64,000 nt of DNA, taken from positions 4,695,164 to 4,759,163 of the forward strand of contig OZ241898.1 in assembly GCA_965203525.1 (NCBI GenBank), in the 5' to 3' direction. A program made the translations under genes and the position numbers. A model generated the notes under the pieces. That model made no database searches and was not told the origin of the DNA. It worked only from the letters and a program-made list of their open reading frames with translations. This DNA is from Vicinamibacterales bacterium. Lineage in GTDB: Bacteria; Acidobacteriota; Vicinamibacteria; Vicinamibacterales; UBA8438. This document shows positions 35,368 to 42,861 of this stretch, piece after piece. How positions within the stretch are numbered: the first letter of the stretch is position 1; each line of letters starts with the position of its first letter.

Positions 35368-37368
35368 ATGTGTGGCGTGGCCGGCTTTCTCGACGGCGGT
35401 TCCTTCCTTTCGGAAGCGTCGCCGGCGATCGCCGGCGCGATGGCGGACGCGGTCGCGCACCGCGGCCCGGACGACGCCGGGGTCTGGCTCGACCGCGACG
35501 CCGGGGTCGCGCTGGCCCACCGCCGCCTGGCCGTCATCGACCTGTCGCCGGCCGGCCGCCAGCCGATGCCGTCCGCGTCGGGGCGCTACGTCATCGTCTT
35601 CAACGGCGAGATCTACAACCACGCGGACCTCAGGCGCCGGCTCGAAGCGCGGTTTCCGGACGCCGTGGCGTGGCGGGGGCGTTCCGACACGGAAACCCTG
35701 CTGGCCGCCGTCGAATGCCTGGGGCTGGAGGAGGCGTTGCGGTCGGCCGCCGGCATGTTCGCGTTCGCGCTCTGGGACCGCGAGGACCGGACGCTCTGGC
35801 TGGCCCGCGACCGGATGGGCGAAAAGCCCCTCTACTACGGCTGGCAGAACGGCGTGTTCCTGTTCGGGTCCGAGCTGAAGGCGCTCGCCGCACACCCCGC
35901 GTTCGCGGGAGACGTCGACCGGGGCGCGCTGGCCCTGCTGCTTCGGGACCTCTACGTTCCGGCGCCCTGGTCGATCTACGAGGGGATACGAAAACTGCCC
36001 GCGGGCACGTACGTCCGGGTCGCCGCCGGCCGGGCGCGCGCCGGCGAACTGCCGGAACCGCGGCCGTACTGGTCGTTGCGGAACGTCGTCGCGGCGGGCC
36101 GCGCGCAACCGTTCGAAGGCACGCCCGACGAGGCGGTGGACGCCCTGCGCGATCTGCTGCTCGACGCGGTCCGCCGGCAGATGGCCGCGGACGTCCCGCT
36201 CGGCGCCTTCCTGTCCGGCGGGATCGACTCGTCGACGGTCGTCGCGTTGATGCAGGCGCAATCGAACCGCCCGGTGCGAACCTTCACGATCGGGTTCGAG
36301 GAGCCCGGTTACGACGAGGCGCGGCACGCCCGGGCGGTGGCCGGCCATCTGGGAACCGAGCATACCGAGCTGTACGTGTCGGCGCGGGACGGGCTGGACG
36401 TCATCCCGCGCCTGCCCGCCCTGTTCGACGAGCCCTTCGCCGATTCCTCGCAGATTCCGACCTCCCTGGTGTCGGCGCTGGCCAGCCGGCACGTGACCGT
36501 CGCCCTCTCCGGGGACGGCGGCGACGAGCTGTTCGGCGGCTATACGCATTACTCGAGGACGCCCCGGGTCTGGCGCGCGCTGTCGAACACGCCGGCGCCG
36601 TTGCGCCGGCTCGGCGCCCGAGCCGTTGCGGCCGTCTTCGCGCCCGGGCCGTTCCGGCCGCCGGCCCGCCTGCTGCGCCGGACGCGCCTGGGCCGCGGAT
36701 GGCTCCGGATGGGCCCCAGGGCGCGCAAGCTGGCGCTGCTGATGGACTGCCGGACGCCGGAACGGCTTTTTTTCCTCCACCAGCGATCGCCCTGCCCGGA
36801 CCCGTCGGCCGCCGTGCGCGGGGCGTCCGCGCCGGTCACCGTGCTGACCGATCCCGCGAGCTGGCCGGATACGCCCGAACTCGAACAACGGCTGATGGCG
36901 GTCGACGCGCTGACGTATCTTCCCGACGACATCCTGGTCAAGGTGGATCGGGCCGCGATGGGGACGAGCCTCGAAACGCGCGCGCCGTTGCTGGATCACC
37001 GGGTGGTGGAATTCGCCTGGCGCCTGCCGCTGGCGGTCAAGATCCGGAACGGCCGGCAGAAATGGGGGCTGCAGCGGGTGCTCCACGAATACGTGCCCCC
37101 GCGGCTCGTCGAACGGCCGAAGGCGGGATTCGCGGTTCCGCTCGCCTCGTGGCTGCGGGGACCGCTCCGCGACTGGGCCGAGGCCCTGCTGGACGAACGC
37201 CGCCTGCGGTCCGAGGGATTCCTGGACCCGCGGCCGGTCCGGCGGCGCTGGAGCGAGCACTTGAGCTGGCGCGAAGGCTGGCACCAGCACCTCTGGAGCA
37301 TCCTGATGTTCCAGGCGTGGCTGGAGCACGGCCGGCGCGGCCGGCGGCCGGCGGCCCCCGCGTCGTGA
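35368..37368 (+). CDS. asnB: Asparagine synthase (glutamine-hydrolysing) family amidotransferase
   Basis: N-terminal MCGVAGF (catalytic Cys2) and the PP-loop AFLSGGIDSS. Confidence 0.9.
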   Translation: MCGVAGFLDGGSFLSEASPAIAGAMADAVAHRGPDDAGVWLDRDAGVALAHRRLAVIDLSPAGRQPMPSASGRYVIVFNGEIYNHADLRRRLEARFPDAVAWRGRSDTETLLAAVECLGLEEALRSAAGMFAFALWDREDRTLWLARDRMGEKPLYYGWQNGVFLFGSELKALAAHPAFAGDVDRGALALLLRDLYVPAPWSIYEGIRKLPAGTYVRVAAGRARAGELPEPRPYWSLRNVVAAGRAQPFEGTPDEAVDALRDLLLDAVRRQMAADVPLGAFLSGGIDSSTVVALMQAQSNRPVRTFTIGFEEPGYDEARHARAVAGHLGTEHTELYVSARDGLDVIPRLPALFDEPFADSSQIPTSLVSALASRHVTVALSGDGGDELFGGYTHYSRTPRVWRALSNTPAPLRRLGARAVAAVFAPGPFRPPARLLRRTRLGRGWLRMGPRARKLALLMDCRTPERLFFLHQRSPCPDPSAAVRGASAPVTVLTDPASWPDTPELEQRLMAVDALTYLPDDILVKVDRAAMGTSLETRAPLLDHRVVEFAWRLPLAVKIRNGRQKWGLQRVLHEYVPPRLVERPKAGFAVPLASWLRGPLRDWAEALLDERRLRSEGFLDPRPVRRRWSEHLSWREGWHQHLWSILMFQAWLEHGRRGRRPAAPAS

Positions 37369-37387
37369 AAATCGAAACCCGCGCTGC

Positions 37388-38605
37388 TCAGCGGCGCGGG
37401 AACGCGGACAACAGGTCCGAGCCGGCGACGGCGTCGAAGCACCGTTCGTGTCCCAACGCGTTCCAGTGGCCCTCCTGCGGCCACTCGAACCGCTGGCCGT
37501 GCCGCCGGTGGTGGGCGATGAACCGCGACTGCAAGTCGATGGCCGCGTACCCCGCGCGGTCCGCGTTCGCCAGGAAATAGCGGCGCATCACGTCCACGAA
37601 GCTCCCGCGCGCCGCGGCCAGCGACCGGCCGTACCGTATCCCGTCGACCACGAACACGATCCGTCCCGGATCGAGGCCCGCGTATGCGGGCAGCAGGTCG
37701 AGGAACGCATCGACCGCCCGTTTCGAAGCGGCGACCCGCGGCCGCTCCGCGACCCGCGGCCGCTCCGCGCTCGCCGGCGTGTGAACGGGAGACAGCCGGG
37801 GCCCCTGCCGGGAGTCCTCCGCGCCGGTGACCCGGGAACGGACCCGGCGCGCCGATTCCAGCACCTGGAGGTTGTGCCCCAGATACCTGACCAGCGCCGA
37901 CCGCCGCAGCAGCCGGTATGGAAGGGACGGAACGCGGTCGACGCGCTCGAGGGCGAGCCGGCCGCCGCGGTCGGCGAAGTAGTGATACCCCGCCGTCCCT
38001 CCGTACTCGATCAGGCTCTCGTCGTAGTCGTTGCCGATCACGACGACGACCAGCCCGTCCGGCCGGTACGCGTCGCGCGCGTGCCGGGCCCACGCCAGGT
38101 ACTGGCTCAGGGGGGCGCCGGCCATGCCGAAGGAGTAGACGCGGGCGGCCGGTTCCAGCAGGGTCGCGAGCCGGCCGGCGCACGTGGAGCGGAACGGCAC
38201 CATGAACGCTTCGACGTAGCTGTCGCCGACGACGGCGAGGAGCGGGCCGGGGGCGTCCGCCCGGTAGTCGACGTCGCTGACGAAACCGGCGTTGTTGACC
38301 GCCACGGTGTTGACGATCGAGAAGTTCCAGTCCCTGGACCACGTGAACTCCCGATCGGGTTCGAACCGCATGATCGGATGCTCGTCGTCGACCGGCTCGC
38401 GGCGGGTGCTTCCGTGGACCGGCAGGACCCGCAGCAGGAGCTCGACGCCGAGCAGCGGGACGATCCACGCCGCGAGCAACGCCGACGCCCGCACCGTCCA
38501 CGCCGCACGCCGCATCGCAACGGGCCGCGGGGGCCGCCGGCGGAACCATCCTCCGACGAGCCGCCGAGCAGCGGACTGGAAACGAGAGAGCCCCCGCAGC
38601 GCCAC
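37388..38605 (-). CDS. SGNH-fold AlgJ/AlgX-like (DHHW-type) protein, probable polysaccharide O-acyl modification; copy 1
   Basis: N-terminal TM helix, VVGDSYVEA (GDS block), C-terminal EGHWNALGH (D/E-x-H-W). Contains an internal 18-bp duplication encoding ERPRVAERPRVA. Confidence 0.6.
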   Translation of the reverse strand: MALRGLSRFQSAARRLVGGWFRRRPPRPVAMRRAAWTVRASALLAAWIVPLLGVELLLRVLPVHGSTRREPVDDEHPIMRFEPDREFTWSRDWNFSIVNTVAVNNAGFVSDVDYRADAPGPLLAVVGDSYVEAFMVPFRSTCAGRLATLLEPAARVYSFGMAGAPLSQYLAWARHARDAYRPDGLVVVVIGNDYDESLIEYGGTAGYHYFADRGGRLALERVDRVPSLPYRLLRRSALVRYLGHNLQVLESARRVRSRVTGAEDSRQGPRLSPVHTPASAERPRVAERPRVAASKRAVDAFLDLLPAYAGLDPGRIVFVVDGIRYGRSLAAARGSFVDVMRRYFLANADRAGYAAIDLQSRFIAHHRRHGQRFEWPQEGHWNALGHERCFDAVAGSDLLSAFPRR

Positions 38606-38778
38606 GACGGCACCATGCTACACCGGCGCAACGGGAAAGCCGGATCGCACCGGCGGCACGAGCGGCGGTCCGTCGAACTTGGCGCCGGCCGCCGCGAACG
38701 GCGGAAAGCGAAGGCGGGATTCGCGGTTCCGCCCGCCTCGTGGCTGCGGGGGCCGCTCCGCGACTGGGCCGAGGCTGC

Positions 38779-39978
38779 TCAGCGGCGCGGGAACGCGGAC
38801 AACAGGCCCGAGCCGGCCACCGCGTCGAAGCACCGTTCGTGTCCCAACGCGTTCCAGTGGTCGTCCCGCGGCCACTCGAACCGCTGGCGGTGCCGCCGGT
38901 AATGAGCGATGAACCGCGGCTGCAAGTCGATGGCCGCGTACCCCGCGCGGTCCGCGTTCGCCAGGAAATAGCGGCGCATCACGTCCACGAAGCTCCCGCG
39001 CGCCGCGGCCAGCGCCCGGCCGTCGTACAGACGGGGCCGTATCCCGTCGACCACGAACGCGATCCGCCCCGGATCGAGGCCCGCGTATGCAGGCAGCAGG
39101 TCGAGGAACGCATCGACCGCCCGTTTCGAAGCGGCGACCCGCGCCCGCTCCGCGCGCGCCGGCGTGTGGACGGAAAACAGCCGGGGGTCCTCCGTGCCGG
39201 CGATCCGGGAACGGACCCGGCGCGCCGACTCCAGCGCCTGGAGGTTGTACACCAGATACCTGACCAGCGCCGACCGCAGCAGCAGCCGGGATCGAAGGGA
39301 CGGAGCGTGGTCGATGCGCTCGAGGGCGACCCCCTCCCCCCGGTCGGCAAACTGGTGGAACCTCACCTTCGCTCCATACTCGATCAGGCTCTCGTCGTAG
39401 TCGTTGTCGATCACGACGACGACCAGCCCGTCCGGCCGGTACGTGTCGCGCGCGTGCCGGGCAAACGCCAGGTACTGACTCAGGGGAGCGCCGGACATGC
39501 CGAACGAGTAGACGCGGGCGGCCGGTTCCAGCAGGGTCGCGAGCCGGCCGGCGCACGTGGAGCGGTACGGCACCATGACCGCTTCGACGTAGCTGTCACC
39601 GACGACGGCGAGGAGCGGGCCGGGGGCGTCCGCCCGGTAGGCGACGTCGCTGACGAACCCGGCGTTGTTGACCGCCACGGTGTTGACGATCGAGAAGTTC
39701 CAGTCCTTGGACCACGTGAATTCCTGATCGGGTTCGAACCGGTGGATCGGCTGCTCGGCGTCGACCCGCGCGTAGCGGAGGTATCCGTGGACCGGCAGCA
39801 CCCGCAGCAGGAGCTCGACGCCGAGCAGCGGGACGATCCACGCCGCGAGCAACGCCGACGCCCGCACCGTCCACGCCGCACGCCGCATCGCAACGGGCCG
39901 CGGGGCCCGCCGGCGGAACCATCCTCCGACGAGCCGCCGAGCAGCGGACCGGAAACGAGAGAGCCCCCGCAGCGCCAC
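38779..39978 (-). CDS. SGNH-fold AlgJ/AlgX-like (DHHW-type) protein; copy 2 (tandem paralogue)
   Basis: Most residues are identical to copy 1 in a by-eye alignment. VVGDSYVEA and DDHWNALGH are present. Confidence 0.6.
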   Translation of the reverse strand: MALRGLSRFRSAARRLVGGWFRRRAPRPVAMRRAAWTVRASALLAAWIVPLLGVELLLRVLPVHGYLRYARVDAEQPIHRFEPDQEFTWSKDWNFSIVNTVAVNNAGFVSDVAYRADAPGPLLAVVGDSYVEAVMVPYRSTCAGRLATLLEPAARVYSFGMSGAPLSQYLAFARHARDTYRPDGLVVVVIDNDYDESLIEYGAKVRFHQFADRGEGVALERIDHAPSLRSRLLLRSALVRYLVYNLQALESARRVRSRIAGTEDPRLFSVHTPARAERARVAASKRAVDAFLDLLPAYAGLDPGRIAFVVDGIRPRLYDGRALAAARGSFVDVMRRYFLANADRAGYAAIDLQPRFIAHYRRHRQRFEWPRDDHWNALGHERCFDAVAGSGLLSAFPRR

Positions 39979-40172
39979 GACGGCACCATCCTACACTGGC
40001 GCCGGCCGCCTCTGGGGTAGTGTCTCCGTCTGATTTTCTCTAACAAGCCCGATATCCGATCCGCATCAGAGCGTCGCTCCCCGTCCGGCGCGCCCGGCGT
40101 TGCGGCCGGGCGGGTTGCGGGCCGTTTTCCGCCCCACCGCCCCGGCGCCATCTGCCTCGTCGCCTTGCGCAT

Positions 40173-40211
40173 CACTGGACAGCGGCGCCGGGATCCGGGA
40201 CACTGGACAGC
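40173..40211 (+). promoter_or_regulatory. 11-bp direct repeat CACTGGACAGC x2 abutting a start codon (operator-like)
   Basis: Copies at 40173-40183 and 40201-40211; the second ends immediately before the ATG at 40212. Confidence 0.3.
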
Positions 40212-40377
40212 ATGGGCAGCAAGCAGCCGGGGCGCCCCTGGACGCTCGAAGAGGACGACGCGATCCGCGCGGCGGCCGCGGCCGAAGCCGCACGGGGCCA
40301 CCCCGAATCTGCAGGCGCGGCTGGCGGAAGTGGCGACGCGGCTCGACACCGGCGACTTCACGCCCGCGGAGGTATGA
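40212..40377 (+). pseudogene. Small Myb/SANT-like HTH ORF, apparently frameshifted
   Basis: The frame from ATG 40212 reads MGSKQPGRPWTLEEDDAIRAAAAAEAARGH. The +1 frame continues PNLQARLAEVATRLDTGDFTPAEV* (stop at 40375-40377). The switch falls at a gggg/cccc run near 40295-40305. Confidence 0.35.
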
Positions 40378-40399
40378 CGAGCTACCAAGGGGGGCGACG

Positions 40400-41005
40400 A
40401 TGGACTTGGCAGTCGTGATCGGATTCGCAGCGCTGCTCGTGACGGTCGCGGGCTTCGGGCTGGGACTTGTGGCGCAGGGTCGGTCAACGAGGAAGAGCAA
40501 CGAGGCAGCGTACCAAGCCATCAAGGAAGACTTCAACAGAAGGTTCGACGGGGTGCAGGCGCAGATGAATCAGCTCGACGCGAAGAACGACGCCGCGTAC
40601 CAAGCCATCAAGGAAGACTTCAACAGAAGGTTCGACGGGGTGCAGGCGCAGATGAATCAGCTCGACGCGAAGAACGACGCCGCCGTGAAGGACCTGAAGG
40701 AAGACGCGCGGACGGCGCACGCCGAGATCGGCGCGAACATCCGCGAATCAGGGGCGCGACTCGACGCCGCCGTGAAGGACGTCAAGGAAGACGCGCGGAC
40801 GGCGCATGCCGAGCTCGGCGCGAACATTCTCCGGGTTGACGAGAACGTCAAGGCGGCGGAGAAGAGGGTCACCGACAACTTCAACGCGCGGTTCGACGAC
40901 CTCCGGGACTACGTCCCACGGGACCCGGCGGGACCCGTGATTGACGCCCCCCGGCTGGATCGGCGATCATGCTTTCGGCCGGTGCGCCCCGCGCGCGCGG
41001 GATGA
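40400..41005 (+). CDS. N-terminally membrane-anchored repeat protein (K-N-x-A-A-[HY] repeat family, unknown function), paralogue 1
   Basis: MDLAVVIGFAALLVTVAGFGLGLV is a TM helix. It is followed by two identical 29-aa repeats (AAYQAIKEDFNRRFDGVQAQMNQLDAKND) and two diverged 29-aa repeats (AAVKD[LV]KEDARTAHAE[IL]GANI). Confidence 0.7.
   Translation: MDLAVVIGFAALLVTVAGFGLGLVAQGRSTRKSNEAAYQAIKEDFNRRFDGVQAQMNQLDAKNDAAYQAIKEDFNRRFDGVQAQMNQLDAKNDAAVKDLKEDARTAHAEIGANIRESGARLDAAVKDVKEDARTAHAELGANILRVDENVKAAEKRVTDNFNARFDDLRDYVPRDPAGPVIDAPRLDRRSCFRPVRPARAG
40508..40681 (+). repeat. Two identical 87-bp in-frame tandem repeats
   Basis: 40508-40594 equals 40595-40681 in my reading. Confidence 0.85.
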
Positions 41006-41063
41006 ACCTCGACGGTCTCGACCTTCATGGCCCGATCTTACGTCCGCGCCACCTTCGCAGGGT

Positions 41064-41384
41064 TCAAGACCCTGCCGGGCGCCGCTCGTCTTCCGGGCGG
41101 CCGGCGCTCTCCATCTGTCGGCCCTTGACCTCGCCGACTTCGAGGAAGAGCTTGTGGAAGTTGCTGTTGACCTCCCGGAAGCCATCCTTGACGTCCCGGT
41201 TGGTCTCCCGGAAGCCGTCCTCGAGCCGGGTCACGATCCGGGCGTGGGCCGTTTCGTTCTTCGCGTGCGTATCCCGGATCTCGTCGCGCAGCTTGTCCTC
41301 GCTGCGGGTGACGATCTTCCAGACCGCCGCCGCGGACAGCCCCACAACCCCGACCACCAGCGCCGCGAGCGGAATCAGGTCCAT
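41064..41384 (-). CDS. N-terminally membrane-anchored helical protein, divergent member of the same family (paralogue 2)
   Basis: MDLIPLAALVVGVVGLSAAAVW is a TM helix. DTHAKNETAHARIVTRLEDGFRETNRDVKDGFREVNSNF shares the AKNE-AHA motif. Confidence 0.65.
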   Translation of the reverse strand: MDLIPLAALVVGVVGLSAAAVWKIVTRSEDKLRDEIRDTHAKNETAHARIVTRLEDGFRETNRDVKDGFREVNSNFHKLFLEVGEVKGRQMESAGRPEDERRPAGS

Positions 41385-41424
41385 CGCAGCATTCTACTCC
41401 GCGCCGGAGCGTAAAGCGTAAAGC

Positions 41425-41824
41425 GTGCTACCGTGGCGTGTGGGCCAAGAGCCGAAGATCAACGCCGGCGAAGGCGCGACCATCCGTGCGATGCTCGGCG
41501 CCGGCGAGAGCATGGGGACGGCCGCGCGCGCCATTGGCGTGACGAAGATGGCCGTCTCGGCGTGGTGCGCCCGCGAGCGCGCAGCCGGCCGTGCCGTGCC
41601 GATCGCCCCGCAGCGGAAGCGCGCGACGCCGCCGACGTCCGGACGGCACGCGGTTCTACGTCGGCGGCCTCGACCAGCGGCGGCGCCCGTTGCGGGCCGG
41701 CGACCTCGACGCGGCCATCGCCGAGGCGGCCGGGCTGGACGCGGCCGACGTGGGGCAGATCGTCGACGTCTGGCGCTACGGCAGCCCGGACCCGGTGGCG
41801 GTCTCGGTGGACGTGGGGGGTTGA
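41425..41824 (+). pseudogene. HTH protein gene, apparently frameshifted (+1) near 41630
   Basis: The frame from GTG 41425 reads GEGATIRAMLGAGESMGTAARAIGVTKMAVSAW (HTH). The frame ending at 41824 reads PDGTRFYVGGLDQRRRPLRAGDLDAAIAEAAGLDAADVGQIVDVWRYG...VDVGG*. Its stop lies 3 nt before the next gene's ATG. Confidence 0.45.
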
Positions 41825-41827
41825 ACG

Positions 41828-42616
41828 ATGGACGACTGGATGGCCCCGATCGGATTCGGCACGCTGCTCGTGACGGTGGCGGGGTTCGGGGTGGCGCTGG
41901 TGATGCTGGTTCAGTCGATGCGGAAGAGCAACGACGCCGCGCACGCGCGGACCGAACAGAACCTCCGCGACATCAAGGGTGAGGTGACGGCACAGGTGCA
42001 GGCGCTCGACGCGAAGAACGAGGCGGCGCACGCGAAGACCGAGCAGCACGTCCGGGACCTCAGGGGCGAGGTGCAGGCGCTCGACGCGAAGAACGAGGCG
42101 GCGCACGCGAAGACCGAGCAGCACGTCCGGGACCTCGACGCGAAGAACGAGGCGGCGCACGCGAAGACCGAGCAGCACGTCCGGGACCTCGACGCGAAGA
42201 ACGAGGCGGCGCACGCGAAGACCGAGCAGCACGTCCGGGACCTCGACGCGAAGAACGAGGCGGCGCACGCGAAGACCGAGCAGCACGTCCGGGACCTCGA
42301 CGCGAAGAACGAGGCGGCGCACGCGAAGACCGAGCAGCACGTCCGGGACCTCGACGCGAAGAACGAGGCGGCGCACGCGGGGACCGCGGAGCGCATCGAC
42401 ACGTCGCGCGCCGAGGTGTTGGGGCAGGTTCGTCATCTCGACGCGAAGAACGAGGCTGCGCACGCGGGGATCGTGGAGCGCATCGACTCTTCGCGTGGCG
42501 AGGCGCTGGCGCGTGCGGACGAACACGCGCGGAAGCTCGACGCGGTTGCGCACGACGTGGCGTTCCTGGCCGGCCGCCAGAAGGAACGCGACCACCGGGA
42601 CGGCAGCGGTGCTTGA
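41828..42616 (+). CDS. N-terminally membrane-anchored repeat protein (K-N-x-A-A-H repeats), paralogue 3
   Basis: MDDWMAPIGFGTLLVTVAGFGVALVMLV is a TM helix. RKSNDAAHARTEQNL follows, then six copies of LDAKNEAAHAKTEQHVRD and two diverged copies. Confidence 0.75.
   Translation: MDDWMAPIGFGTLLVTVAGFGVALVMLVQSMRKSNDAAHARTEQNLRDIKGEVTAQVQALDAKNEAAHAKTEQHVRDLRGEVQALDAKNEAAHAKTEQHVRDLDAKNEAAHAKTEQHVRDLDAKNEAAHAKTEQHVRDLDAKNEAAHAKTEQHVRDLDAKNEAAHAKTEQHVRDLDAKNEAAHAGTAERIDTSRAEVLGQVRHLDAKNEAAHAGIVERIDSSRGEALARADEHARKLDAVAHDVAFLAGRQKERDHRDGSGA
42005..42380 (+). repeat. 54-bp in-frame tandem repeat: 6 identical units (one separated by 21 bp) plus a partial seventh
   Basis: The unit ctcgacgcgaagaacgaggcggcgcacgcgaagaccgagcagcacgtccgggac occurs at 42005, 42080, 42134, 42188, 42242 and 42296. 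A partial unit starts at 42350. Confidence 0.9.
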
Positions 42617-42627
42617 GGAGGGACACC

Positions 42628-42861
42628 ATGCCGAAGACGAGACGAACCCCGGGCGTCGCCGCGGTTCGCGCCCGCGCCGAGCAGGGCGACGCAGCCGCGC
42701 AGAACAACCTGGGGTTCATGTATGAAACCGGCGCGGGCGTCCCGCGGGATGACCGCCAGCGAGTCAGTCCGCCTCACGGCCGACGACCACGCCCTCAGGC
42801 CCCGTCGATCCGGCCGCCGGTCGCCGTGAACGGCGACCGGCGGCCGCTTCTCGGCCGGCCC
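42628..42861 (+). pseudogene. Sel1-repeat protein fragment read through into the downstream GT4 frame
   Basis: A GAGGAGG Shine-Dalgarno sequence precedes the ATG at 42628. MPKTRRTPGVAAVRARAEQGDAAAQNNLGFMYETGAGVPRDD is one Sel1 repeat. The following sequence is Arg/Pro-rich junk in this frame. Confidence 0.4.

Noticed and set aside
40020-40100. An AT-rich stretch (tgtctccgtctgattttctctaacaagcccgatatccg) as a sigma-70 promoter for SGNH copy 2 (TTGTTA-17-ACACTA on the minus strand), or as an element boundary.
   Set aside because: The hexamers are weak and I found no matching repeat at the other end of the 40.0-42.9 kb segment. The evidence is too thin to annotate.
42005-42380. A CRISPR array (regularly spaced identical repeats).
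   Set aside because: The units are contiguous with no spacers. They lie in frame inside a protein-coding gene, and no cas genes are present.
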